From Candidatus Obscuribacteraceae bacterium (GTDB lineage Bacteria; Cyanobacteriota; Vampirovibrionia; Obscuribacterales; Obscuribacteraceae): a stretch of DNA of 64,000 bases. The notes under the pieces are model-generated. The model searched no databases, was not told the DNA's origin, and worked only from the letters and a program-made list of their open reading frames with translations. This document shows positions 10,321-19,656 of the stretch, piece after piece; position 1 is the first letter of the stretch; each line of letters begins with the position of its first letter. The position numbers were made by a program, and so were the translations under genes. The DNA lies in assembly GCA_044226015.1 (NCBI GenBank), contig JBGAHS010000002.1:465571-529570 (forward strand), given 5' to 3'.

Positions 10321-11799
10321 ATGACGGGTCTCAGAATTTTCAATACCCTGACTAATAAGAAGGAAGAATTTGTTCCATTGAGCCCAGGCAAGGTCCTTAT
10401 GTATGCCTGCGGTCCTACTGTCTATGATTTGAGCCATCTGGGTCATGCCAGAATGACCATGACTTTTGACGTGATACAACGCTATCTCCGCTTTATCGGA
10501 TATGACGTGACTTTCGTGCGCAACATCACAGACATTGACGATAAAATTATCAATCGGGCAAAAGAGCTTGGCATCAAGCCAGAGTTGCTTTCCAGAAGAT
10601 TCACGTACACATTCTGGAAGGACATGGACGATCTAAATCTGGCGCCACCAGATATAGAACCACGTGCAACGGAATACATACAGCAGATGATTCAAATGAC
10701 CGAAGGCTTAATAAAAGCCGGACATGCATATGAATCTAGTGGTGATGTTTATTTCGACGTTCTTTCCTTCAAAGAATACGGCAAGCTAAAAAAGCAAAGC
10801 GTCGATGACCTCATGCATGGTGCAAGAGAGCAAGTTCGCAGCCAGGAAGAACTGAAAGAAAAAAAGAAAAACCCGGTTGATTTTGCTTTATGGAAATCAG
10901 CCCCGGAAGGAGAAACCGGTTGGAGCAGCCCCTGGGGCTGGGGAAGGCCAGGCTGGCATCTTGAGTGCTCCTCTATGATTAAAAAAGTCCTGGGTGAGAC
11001 AATCGACATTCATGGCGGAGGTGAGGACCTGGTCTTCCCACATCATGAAAACGAAATTGCTCAGTCGGAAGCGCTTCATGGAAAACCCCTGGCGCGATAC
11101 TGGATTCATAACTCATTTGTACAAATTGATCAGGAAAAAATGTCAAAATCATTGGGCAATTTCGAAACGATCCAATCTGTGCTATCGAATTATTCTCCGG
11201 ATGTTGTTCGTTTGTTCATTTTGCAAACTCACTACCGAAGCCCAATTGAGTTTTCGACAGAAAGCATCGAGGCGGCGAAATCCGGTACAGCTCGACTTTT
11301 ACGAGCAGCTCGTATGGCTCAGAAGCTCGACGGTCACAACGGTGAGAAGAATGGCAAAATTGTGACCTACCTCACAGCAGACCATCCGTGCATGGTAGCT
11401 CTGAGAAGTGACACAGCTGCAGGCGAAGCAATCACAAAGTTGCACAATGACTTCATTGAAGCAATGAATAATGATTTCAACACACCACAAGCGGTATCAG
11501 CACTATTCCAAATGGCAGACATGGCCTTTTCAAGCAAAGATGCAGAATTAGCAGCTAAGTATGCAGCCGCAATCAAATCATACGCGGACGTTCTAGGACT
11601 GCGCCTGATTGATACAGGAAAGATAATCGATACAAAGACGGGGTCTCAACTCGTTGAACTCTTGATCGAAATGCGCGATGCTGCACGAGGCAATAAAGAT
11701 TACAAACAATCTGACTTGATTCGCGATTCATTACTTAAGTTAGGAATTAAAGTTATGGACGTAAAAGGCGAAGCCAAAGCCCAGTGGGAAAAGGAATAG
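10321..11799 (+). CDS. cysS: Cysteine--tRNA ligase
   Basis: CGPTVY..HLGHAR, GRPGWHLECS, DIHGGGEDLVFPHHENE and KMSKS motifs. Confidence 0.97.
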   Translation: MTGLRIFNTLTNKKEEFVPLSPGKVLMYACGPTVYDLSHLGHARMTMTFDVIQRYLRFIGYDVTFVRNITDIDDKIINRAKELGIKPELLSRRFTYTFWKDMDDLNLAPPDIEPRATEYIQQMIQMTEGLIKAGHAYESSGDVYFDVLSFKEYGKLKKQSVDDLMHGAREQVRSQEELKEKKKNPVDFALWKSAPEGETGWSSPWGWGRPGWHLECSSMIKKVLGETIDIHGGGEDLVFPHHENEIAQSEALHGKPLARYWIHNSFVQIDQEKMSKSLGNFETIQSVLSNYSPDVVRLFILQTHYRSPIEFSTESIEAAKSGTARLLRAARMAQKLDGHNGEKNGKIVTYLTADHPCMVALRSDTAAGEAITKLHNDFIEAMNNDFNTPQAVSALFQMADMAFSSKDAELAAKYAAAIKSYADVLGLRLIDTGKIIDTKTGSQLVELLIEMRDAARGNKDYKQSDLIRDSLLKLGIKVMDVKGEAKAQWEKE

Positions 11800-11822
11800 C
11801 TTCACAGATTCGCTGATCTCAT

Positions 11823-11860
11823 AACCGTATCTCAACATAGGAGATACGGTTTTCCTTTTT
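11823..11860 (+). terminator. Intrinsic terminator after cysS
   Basis: AACCGTATCTC...GAGATACGGTT stem followed by TTCCTTTTT. Confidence 0.85.
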
Positions 11861-12108
11861 AGACTCACGACATTCGTGAGCGATCCGAACAAGCCGCTTG
11901 TTTTTGATGTCTACGCTGAGAGCTTCTGGAGATGCGATTTTCACGCCGACGAATACAGCAAGATTGACCGCACGGATCTAAGGTTTTTCTGCGCATAAAG
12001 TGAGCTCTGCAGTAAGAAAAACAATTTTCAATTCTTTTTTTGCATTTTCATTGAACTTTTTCGACCTCATTTACGTTTTAAACAACAGAAGGTATGAGGT
12101 AAAGAATA

Positions 12109-13095
12109 ATGCGAAAGAGAAAAGAGAAAAGCAAATTCGCAGAACTGTATCCAGCATTTTGTAAGGAATTCCCTGATGAAGAACATTGCGTTAGGATGCT
12201 TAGTCAACAACGCATGAAAAAAGTCATCCCTTGCAAGAAATGCAAAGGTACAAAATTCGTACACACAAATACCTACAAGCAATATTACTGCGAAAATTGT
12301 GGTCAGGAATATTTCACCTTTGCTGGAACCTATTTCGAGAGGTGTACATATTTCCGCGCGCGGGTGGCTGCAATCTGGTTTAAACAACGCAAGATACGCC
12401 CCTCGCCACTCGAATTTGCCCAGTACTTTGGCATGGCTCTTTCCACAGCTCAGGACATTTTGAACAACGTGGGGTTTATCTCTCTGGAAAAAATGAATCA
12501 GAGAGAAACGGAGACATTGTCCTCATCAGAATTTCTTGAAATATACTGTCGTCGCAGTCTGCAAACTCCAGCCCGAGAGCATCCTCGCGCAGAGCAAAAC
12601 GAACTAGACGATCACTTCAAAGAGATAGACCAGACTACAGATGAGGCTTTTAATGTTGAGCTAGATGAAACTGAACTTTTGGTGCTCGACGAATTGTCCA
12701 CAGAGAAGGGAAAAAACGTTGATGACCTGATCAGCAAAACCAGCCTGGAATTTTCGGATATCTTGATGGCTCTGAGCCAGTTACAGTTCAAAGGGCTAGT
12801 GGATTTTACAGCAGAACAATTGTTCAAGCGAAAAAAGAAAATTCCTAAGCCAAACAATAATGAGGCACAAAAAAAGTTCATTGAGAAATTCACCGAGTCG
12901 ATTAAAGATAAGTGCCACCGTATAAGCAGAAAATACATTCAGGTCTACCTCGCGGACGCCTGGGCGACCGAACAAGATGACATATGGACAGATGAATTCA
13001 TGGCAGAACTTCTTGAACGAAAACCACTCTCAAGGGCGGCTATGCGAGCCTATACATCGCCTTATTATCTACAAATACCCTGCTGCGCCAGCTAA
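12109..13095 (+). CDS. IS1595-transposase-related protein: Zn ribbon + HTH + DprA-like winged helix + IS1595-like C-terminal motif, with no recognisable DDE core
   Basis: FPDEEHC...CKKC...YYCENC...AGTYFE resembles the IS1595 zinc ribbon; LDETELLVLDEL...VDDLISKTSL...LSQLQFKGLV resembles DprA_WH; HRISRKYIQVYL resembles the IS1595 C-terminal H.VS.KYL..YL motif. Confidence 0.7.
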   Translation: MRKRKEKSKFAELYPAFCKEFPDEEHCVRMLSQQRMKKVIPCKKCKGTKFVHTNTYKQYYCENCGQEYFTFAGTYFERCTYFRARVAAIWFKQRKIRPSPLEFAQYFGMALSTAQDILNNVGFISLEKMNQRETETLSSSEFLEIYCRRSLQTPAREHPRAEQNELDDHFKEIDQTTDEAFNVELDETELLVLDELSTEKGKNVDDLISKTSLEFSDILMALSQLQFKGLVDFTAEQLFKRKKKIPKPNNNEAQKKFIEKFTESIKDKCHRISRKYIQVYLADAWATEQDDIWTDEFMAELLERKPLSRAAMRAYTSPYYLQIPCCAS

Positions 13096-13222
13096 GGAAA
13101 GAGACCCAGAACGGTCTTGAATCCTCTCCATAAACTGTTTCTTTGTGGCAAGCAGTCGCAACAATAGTGCCTCAGAAAACTCCTCAAATTCGAACCTGCT
13201 TGGTTTGAAGCGAACTCACAAT

Positions 13223-13270
13223 GCCCCAGAACAATGTGCAGCCAGGCATGGCTGCACATTGTTCTGGGGC
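13223..13270. repeat. Perfect 22-bp inverted repeat with a GGCA loop
   Basis: GCCCCAGAACAATGTGCAGCCA-GGCA-TGGCTGCACATTGTTCTGGGGC. Confidence 0.95.
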
Positions 13271-13295
13271 TAAAATTGTCAACAACCCCGTCCTA

Positions 13296-13363
13296 CAATA
13301 AAGGCTGCACCGGTACCGATGTAGTTTTTTTGTTTTTGAGCGGTACCGGTGCAGCCTTTATTG
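13296..13363. repeat. Perfect 23-bp inverted repeat, each arm containing the CGGTACCG core
   Basis: CAATAAAGGCTGCACCGGTACCG-22 nt-CGGTACCGGTGCAGCCTTTATTG. Confidence 0.95.
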
Positions 13364-13459
13364 GATCACGCCTACGGAGCTCCAGTTTGACATCTGGCAG
13401 CAAAAAATTTGACTCGGTGAACGCGACCAGAGTCTTTTAGTTTTCTGTTAGCAAAAGTT

Positions 13460-13543
13460 CGGAGAGGGTGGGATTCGAACCCACGTGGCGTTAACCCATC
13501 CGCTTTCGAGGCGGCGCCGTTGTGACCGCTTCGGTACCTCTCC
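13460..13543 (-). tRNA. tRNA-Ser (anticodon CGA), CCA not encoded
   Basis: Reverse complement GGAGAGGTACCGAAGCGGTCACAACGGCGCCGCCTCGAAAGCGGATGGGTTAACGCCACGTGGGTTCGAATCCCACCCTCTCCG folds as a cloverleaf with a long variable arm. Confidence 0.96.
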
Positions 13544-13811
13544 TCAATGCTCAGATTGTAGCAAATAAGGATAGCTCAAGGCTAAAGCGCCATCAGCACG
13601 TTATTACAAATCGATATTTCTCGCTGCAACGATCCAGGATTAAGGACTTCTTAGCTTGAATATCAGCAACAACCCTATGTTTGACAAGCGAACTGAATTT
13701 CTTCCCAATATTCATTTGGAATTCTGAGTTACTACGACATTGGCAACAAAACAAAACACACTTGCAAACCATGCAAGTGTGTAATTTTTCTAACAATATA
13801 GATATCTGGTC

Positions 13812-14489
13812 CTAGTTGCTGTGGCTCACTGCCGTTCCCGCTATCTGCCTGCTCGTCTCTGCATGCTGTTTAAGCGCAGACATAACACCAGGCATATCTG
13901 TCCGAACCTGACGCTTTATCAGCGGCGGTGGGAGAAATAAACCACCATTAACATAGCTTGCATACGTCACCAGAGTTGAGTTGCCATCGCTTTGTGGTTC
14001 AAGTTTCCAAAAGCCATCAACTTCTCTGAAATCGCCACTCACTCTGTGCCATTCGTACAGCTTGTTAGCAGTTTCTTTCACTTCGATAACATAATCAAAG
14101 GTTGTCGGCACACCACTCGGCTTGATCTGATGCTGCACCAGCTTGGTATTACCTTTGTCCTTTACAAGTTTGCACTTTTTGAGACAAGGGAAAATTTCTG
14201 TTGCATTTTCGTAATCAGTGAGAATTTTCCAGACAGCTTCTGGCTTCACATGGACCAGAATTTTGCTCACCTGATAATTCTTATCACCAATTTTCTCTTC
14301 ATTTATTTCAACTGAACCAGCAGACTGAGTCTGCATTGATGCTTTGTCAATTGACTTTGCGCATACGCTATCAATGGATACAAATGAATTGATCGCGAAT
14401 ACGCTAAGCAATGCAAGCGATATTTTAGAAATACTCACGCGGGACCGCCCTCTAGAACTGCGACTTACTGACCGCTGTCTGTGTGCCAT
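13812..14489 (-). CDS. SRPBCC/START (polyketide cyclase-like) protein with signal peptide
   Basis: PEAVWKILTDYE and WHRVSGDFREVDGFWKLEP motifs; N-terminal hydrophobic segment. Confidence 0.85.
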   Translation of the reverse strand: MAHRQRSVSRSSRGRSRVSISKISLALLSVFAINSFVSIDSVCAKSIDKASMQTQSAGSVEINEEKIGDKNYQVSKILVHVKPEAVWKILTDYENATEIFPCLKKCKLVKDKGNTKLVQHQIKPSGVPTTFDYVIEVKETANKLYEWHRVSGDFREVDGFWKLEPQSDGNSTLVTYASYVNGGLFLPPPLIKRQVRTDMPGVMSALKQHAETSRQIAGTAVSHSN

Positions 14490-14664
14490 CAAATACAATA
14501 CTAAATTCCTCTTATGTGTCAACAAGGTTTTCAAGTATGTCAAATCGAGCCAGCAGCGTGTAATCATGACCCATAAGTACACTGCGAACGAAATTCTACC
14601 CCTTTTCATTTCAAGGGCTCAAGTAAATTGGACTCATGTTGAAAAGAATTACGCTTTAAGACTA

Positions 14665-15594
14665 ATGACTAAGCTGAATAAGAAAAGAATCGCTAATTCA
14701 GTATTAATCTACAACCCGAAATCAGGCTCAGCATTGGATCGTGATATCTGGTTGGGTACGATTGTTGACAAACTTTGTACATCATTAGAACAATCGGTCA
14801 CAGTAGGTGCCACCAGCTCCGGTGTCACTGCTGCTGATATTCTCAAAAGATTTATGGCATTATCGCCTGACCTGGTGATAGCTGCTGGTGGCGATGGAAC
14901 TATCAGACATATTCTGGGTTCGTTCGCAGAAGCGAAGGTAGAAATTCCTGTCGGATTAATTCCTTTCGGGACAGGAAATCAATTGGCTCGAAATCTTGGA
15001 ATTCTGGAAGACAGTATTTTTGTTGACCCATTACAAAGATCCATCGACGTTATCGGAAGCGCGAAAACCCGCTGCATTGATTTGGGTATCTGCAACGGAC
15101 ATTATTTCTGCGTCGGAGTTGGCGTAGGACCTGTTTCTGATGCAATCCTCACACCAACACAGGAAGAAAAGCAAAACTGGGGAATGCTTGCATACGTGGG
15201 TCCAATGATCCAGACCTTAACATCACAAGCCGTTCAATTTCGCATCACCGCAGATGGTGACACTTTCGAAGTAAAAGCACTTGGGGTTATAGTTTCGAAC
15301 GTTGCTGATATGGGTTTCGCCCGAATATCAGAGGGGGCGCGACTAGACGATGGTTATCTTGATTTGTGTGTAATTCCTCTGGGTGACTTCGGCGATTATG
15401 TAAAGCTTGGATTCAATCTGGCTAGTTCTGTTCTACTTGGAGAAACACCTTTTTATCAGCGACGAGTCAAGAACGTATTGATCGAAAGCAAAAATGGACC
15501 GGCTATTGCAAACATAGACGGCGACCACATTGGATTTACGCCAATGAAAATTGAAGTTCTTCCAGGATCAGTGAACATTCTATGTCCCAACTAA
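14665..15594 (+). CDS. Diacylglycerol kinase (YegS/BmrU) family lipid kinase
   Basis: IYNPKSG, AAGGDGT, IPFGTGNQLARNLG, LDDGYLD and NIDGD motifs. Confidence 0.92.
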   Translation: MTKLNKKRIANSVLIYNPKSGSALDRDIWLGTIVDKLCTSLEQSVTVGATSSGVTAADILKRFMALSPDLVIAAGGDGTIRHILGSFAEAKVEIPVGLIPFGTGNQLARNLGILEDSIFVDPLQRSIDVIGSAKTRCIDLGICNGHYFCVGVGVGPVSDAILTPTQEEKQNWGMLAYVGPMIQTLTSQAVQFRITADGDTFEVKALGVIVSNVADMGFARISEGARLDDGYLDLCVIPLGDFGDYVKLGFNLASSVLLGETPFYQRRVKNVLIESKNGPAIANIDGDHIGFTPMKIEVLPGSVNILCPN

Positions 15595-15704
15595 ATCCAT
15601 TTAGTAAGCATGCTGTTTTTCAAATCAGCAAATAACTATTATGCAAAAGTTCGATCATCGACAGGAAAGGAGACTTGTTCCCAAAGCTCCAATTTTTCGG
15701 CTGT

Positions 15705-15863
15705 AGTTCCACCGGAAATCTCAGGTGAAGTTCCAGATATTCACACATGAGGTTCCACCGGAAATCTCATGTGAAATCCCGCCGGGAGCCTCTAATGAAG
15801 TCCCACAAGTATTCACACACGAAGTTCCACCGGAGTCTTAGGAAGTTCCAGCGAGGAGTTTCA
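15705..15863. repeat. Degenerate ~21-24 bp tandem repeat between convergent genes
   Basis: About 7 units beginning AGTTCCA/AGTCCCA, e.g. AGTTCCACCGGAAATCTCAGGTGA and GGTTCCACCGGAAATCTCATGTGA. Confidence 0.75.
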
Positions 15864-15888
15864 AATCAAACTCAAATGGATGACTGAC

Positions 15889-18510
15889 TCAAGACCAATA
15901 TTCTTTAACGAAACGACGTTCGTCTTCGGGGTTCGAAATCTTTCCATCAAGCAAAGCGTCACGCAGGCTGTCCAAAACTTTGCCCACGGAAGGTCCTTTT
16001 GGCACCCCTAGCGCAATCACGTCCGTTCCACGCAACGTTGGTTTTACATCCTTAAGTTCTTCGAAGAAGATCTTGATACTTCGCCGTAAGCTAGACGCCA
16101 TTGGAGCAACACATACGCATATTGCTAAAGAATGGAGATCATGCCCATGCAAAAGCTTGTAAAGCGACGAGCGGCTTGCACCGGGTTCAAGCGCTAGCAG
16201 CCCGCGCAGGATGCGCTGTGCGTCAATGATTGAGTTACGTTCATCCTCCGATAGGTGTAAGCGCATCAAAGCATCATTTAAGCGCTTATCGGGTAACTCA
16301 GATAACAATACGCCCAGGTATACGGCAAATTGACGCGGCAGCGGATAACTTGAAAGAAGCTTTTCTGCTCGCCGGATATGCAATCGTGTCATCCTGCTGT
16401 AAACAATTTCAGAGTCAAGAAAACGCAGCCCACCTCCGACTTCATTCAAAATATCGAGAGCCTTTAGACGAGTATCAGACTGAAAAATTGAACGAAGCTC
16501 TTCCTTAAGACGAACACCTCCAAGATTATCAAAGATACCAAGCTCGATTGCACGCTCAGCCTGTAATCTAGACCACAAGTCCATCTCGAAATTAAGTCGT
16601 GCTGCAAATCGAGCAGCTCTAACAATTCGAGTAGGATCCTCAATGAAACTAAAGTCATGCAAAATTCTGACGACTCCATTTTGCAAATCGATAAGCCCAT
16701 TGAAATAATCAACTAACTTGCCAAACCTATCAGGATGCAAACACATTGCCAAAGCATTGATAGTGAAATCACGCCGACATAGATCCTGTTCAAGGGAAGA
16801 AGGCTCTACAGTAGGAAGAGCTGCGGGATATTCATAATACTCAGTTCTGGCAGTCGCTATATCAATCTCACGTTCGTGAGGGAGATATGCAGCCAAAGTT
16901 GCAGTGTCAAAGCGCGAATGCTCAACGAGAATCTTGTACTTCTCGGGAAATTTTTCTACAAGAGCATTCGCCAACTTACGTGCCGATCCTTCTACTACAA
17001 AATCAAGGTCGAAGTTAGGTCGGTCCAGAATCAAATCTCTGACACAGCCACCAACAAGATAGGCCGTCATATCAATTTCAGAAGCCACAGCACCAAGCTC
17101 TTTATACAGTGGCAGGAGATCTGGCTCAATTGACTCGGCAAGTCGTTCGGTTTCCACCACTGTCAGCTGAGGATTAATAACACCTTTCGATTCAAACTGA
17201 AGCTGATCTCCATATAATGCGCCGAGAAGCTCATTGCGCCCTATTAGACCAAGTAGCTTTCCGCCAGCGCTAAGAACAGGTAACCTCCCAATGTCCTTCC
17301 CAAGCATGAGAGTCTGAACCTCTCGTAGTGGCGTATCTGGTGTCACAGAAATAACGGGATGGCTCATAAAACCGCGGACAGGCGCATGCGCTAATTTGTG
17401 ATGTTTTGCCTTATCAACATCTCGAATAGATACCACCCCAGCGGGCTGCTCCTTTTCCATGACGACTAAGCCATCTACGCTGTAACGCAACATGATTCGA
17501 CCAGCTTCTTCCATACTCGTTTCCGGTCTTATTGTCCTTACTGGACTGCGCATAATTTCTTCGGCTTTCACTTCAGGACTCAGGTGCCTCGATAGAGTTT
17601 CTACAACAAACTGGTGTACTTGCTCCACTGATTTGTTTTTGACCACAGCGGAGACAGCCCCCGAGTGGCCACCACCTCCCAATAATTTTGCAAGTGTTCT
17701 CAAATCGAATAGTGAAGTTTCACTGCGTCCAACAATATGAATGCGGTCCTTCATTTCAACGATCGAAACAACAGCATCCGCCGCCGAATTCTCCAGCAAT
17801 CTACTCGTGATCTCAGCAAGCCCTTCTACAAAATCGGCCGTTTTTCCCATTGCAACGGTCAACATATCGCCGCCGAGGTTTTCGGTGCGTGACGCATTCA
17901 ATAGCGTTTCATACAAAGCTGCTTGCTCATGATTGAACTTAGGTCGAATTATCTCATTGATAATTTCCATATCGGCCCCTTGAGATAAGCAGTATGCAAT
18001 GCCCAGGGCATCCAATTCAGTAGTGCCACGGTGTGTCAAACAACCCGTATCTTCATAAATTCCGGCAGCAATTATCGTTGCTTCAAGAGGCGTCAACTTC
18101 ACAGTTTTCTTTCTCAGAAGCTCTGCCAGTATACTGGCTGCAGCTCCAGTTATTTTGTGAACCGAATCTTTTCGCGCCCCGTCCAACAAGCTCTCCGAAT
18201 CTTTTTCATGATGGTCAAAAACTGTATAGCTGCCATGCTCCAGATAAGCGGAAAACAGCCGGCGCGCGCGATCGTCCAGTCGATCAAGACGCTGACAATC
18301 AACAAGATACACATGCTTGACCATAGACCAATCAATATATTGCAAATCGACTAGCGGAAGCTTATCCCTATAAAGTGCCAGGAAGCTCTTTAGACGCTGT
18401 GATAAGGGTTGCGCAGGAACGATTCTCGCCGATGGAGATAGCTTATGCACGGCCAGCTGGCAAGCCAAACAGTCGAAGTCCATATTCCGATGTGCAAGAA
18501 CCAGTTCCAT
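15889..18510 (-). CDS. DHH-DHHA1-CBS-nucleotidyltransferase (A-adding-type tRNA nucleotidyltransferase)
   Basis: HRNMDFD, DHH and GGGGH motifs, two CBS domains, then VGGCVRD, DLDFVV, RRDFTINAL and EDPTRIVRAARF. Confidence 0.92.
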   Translation of the reverse strand: MELVLAHRNMDFDCLACQLAVHKLSPSARIVPAQPLSQRLKSFLALYRDKLPLVDLQYIDWSMVKHVYLVDCQRLDRLDDRARRLFSAYLEHGSYTVFDHHEKDSESLLDGARKDSVHKITGAAASILAELLRKKTVKLTPLEATIIAAGIYEDTGCLTHRGTTELDALGIAYCLSQGADMEIINEIIRPKFNHEQAALYETLLNASRTENLGGDMLTVAMGKTADFVEGLAEITSRLLENSAADAVVSIVEMKDRIHIVGRSETSLFDLRTLAKLLGGGGHSGAVSAVVKNKSVEQVHQFVVETLSRHLSPEVKAEEIMRSPVRTIRPETSMEEAGRIMLRYSVDGLVVMEKEQPAGVVSIRDVDKAKHHKLAHAPVRGFMSHPVISVTPDTPLREVQTLMLGKDIGRLPVLSAGGKLLGLIGRNELLGALYGDQLQFESKGVINPQLTVVETERLAESIEPDLLPLYKELGAVASEIDMTAYLVGGCVRDLILDRPNFDLDFVVEGSARKLANALVEKFPEKYKILVEHSRFDTATLAAYLPHEREIDIATARTEYYEYPAALPTVEPSSLEQDLCRRDFTINALAMCLHPDRFGKLVDYFNGLIDLQNGVVRILHDFSFIEDPTRIVRAARFAARLNFEMDLWSRLQAERAIELGIFDNLGGVRLKEELRSIFQSDTRLKALDILNEVGGGLRFLDSEIVYSRMTRLHIRRAEKLLSSYPLPRQFAVYLGVLLSELPDKRLNDALMRLHLSEDERNSIIDAQRILRGLLALEPGASRSSLYKLLHGHDLHSLAICVCVAPMASSLRRSIKIFFEELKDVKPTLRGTDVIALGVPKGPSVGKVLDSLRDALLDGKISNPEDERRFVKEYWS

Positions 18511-18600
18511 TAGTCATCGCTTTCGCCGCAACGGTTATATTATAGGTTTATCTTAGCCTATGTCCGGGTATCTTTTGAGACACATTTAGAGATCTTGCAA

Positions 18601-19623
18601 ATGACAGCTCTTCAGGATATTTATTTCATCACTTCCTGCGTCGGATTTCTTTATGTCATAGTCACCGCACTCGCTGGCTCATTTCATGGAAAGGTTGGAC
18701 ACCATTCCAATGGTGGACATTCTCTGTTACAAGGGAAAACAGGCAGTGCTTCACACGGCGGAACCGGGGCTCATGGCGCACGCGGAGGGACCGGCGCTCA
18801 TGGAGCACACGGCGGGACCGGCGCTCATGGAGCACATGGAGAGACCAGAGCTCATGGAGCACACGGCGGGACCGGCGCTCATGGCGCACACGGCGGGACC
18901 GGCGCTCATGGCGCACACGGCGGGACCGGCGCTCATGGCGCACACGGCGGGACCGGGGCTCATGGCGCACAAGGCGGGACCGGCGCTCATGGAGCACACG
19001 GCGGGACCGGCGCACCAGGCTCTCACAACACCGGCACCGCTGGTGGTGACGCACCGCACGCAGGAAAGAGTTCGCCCACGAACTCAAACAATACTGGACT
19101 ACATCAATTGCAAGTGCAGGGACCGGACAATATCTCAAATTCGCTCGTGGATTCCCCAACTAGCCTGAACCAACAAAAGCCACAAGTCCCAATCTTGTAT
19201 TTGGCAATTTTGGATATACTGAGTCCCCTGAAACTTGCCTGCTTCGCCTTTCTCTTTGGCGCAACTGGCATGCTCCTACTTAAATTCATTCCAGGATATC
19301 TCAGCGCAGTTCCAGCAGCCATCATTTCATGGTTCCTCGCATCCGCATTTTTCAAGTTGCTGGGAAACATGCTCTTGCGAATGAATTCGAGTACGAATTT
19401 CAAGAAAGAGAATCTCATCGGTTCTCTAGGCGAGTTAAGCCTTTCGATTGAAGCCGGGTCCATCGGCGAGATTGTAGTCAGAACAGGTAGTTCCAGATAC
19501 AACTTTCCAGCGCGAGCAAGAAACGCGGAGCAAACTATAAAGAAACTTATGCAAGTTATCATTGTTGACATTAAAGACGGTATTTTCGTTGTAGAACCCT
19601 TTGAAGAAAATCTGGTTTCCTAG
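18601..19623 (+). CDS. NfeD/YqiJ-like membrane protein with a His-rich Gly-X-Y repeat
   Basis: N-terminal TM, 10x HGGTGAHGA, FAFLFGATG TMs and a C-terminal OB-fold (LIGSLGELSLSI...GEIVV...PARA). Confidence 0.82.
   Translation: MTALQDIYFITSCVGFLYVIVTALAGSFHGKVGHHSNGGHSLLQGKTGSASHGGTGAHGARGGTGAHGAHGGTGAHGAHGETRAHGAHGGTGAHGAHGGTGAHGAHGGTGAHGAHGGTGAHGAQGGTGAHGAHGGTGAPGSHNTGTAGGDAPHAGKSSPTNSNNTGLHQLQVQGPDNISNSLVDSPTSLNQQKPQVPILYLAILDILSPLKLACFAFLFGATGMLLLKFIPGYLSAVPAAIISWFLASAFFKLLGNMLLRMNSSTNFKKENLIGSLGELSLSIEAGSIGEIVVRTGSSRYNFPARARNAEQTIKKLMQVIIVDIKDGIFVVEPFEENLVS
18754..19023 (+). repeat. 10 x 27-bp coding tandem repeat (HGGTGAHGA)
   Basis: CACGGCGGGACCGGCGCTCATGGCGCA repeated. Confidence 0.97.
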
Positions 19624-19656
19624 AAATCAAAGTTCGCTTAGACAATCTGGTAGTCA

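Noticed and set aside
11860..13460. tRNA-Ser-integrated island
   Set aside because: No integrase, and only an ~9-bp match (ATTCGAACC near 13188) to the tRNA 3' half, too short to call an att site.
18662..19168. Arg-rich and MAHTAGPAL-repeat ORFs
   Set aside because: Alternative frames of the 27-bp coding repeat in the NfeD-like gene.
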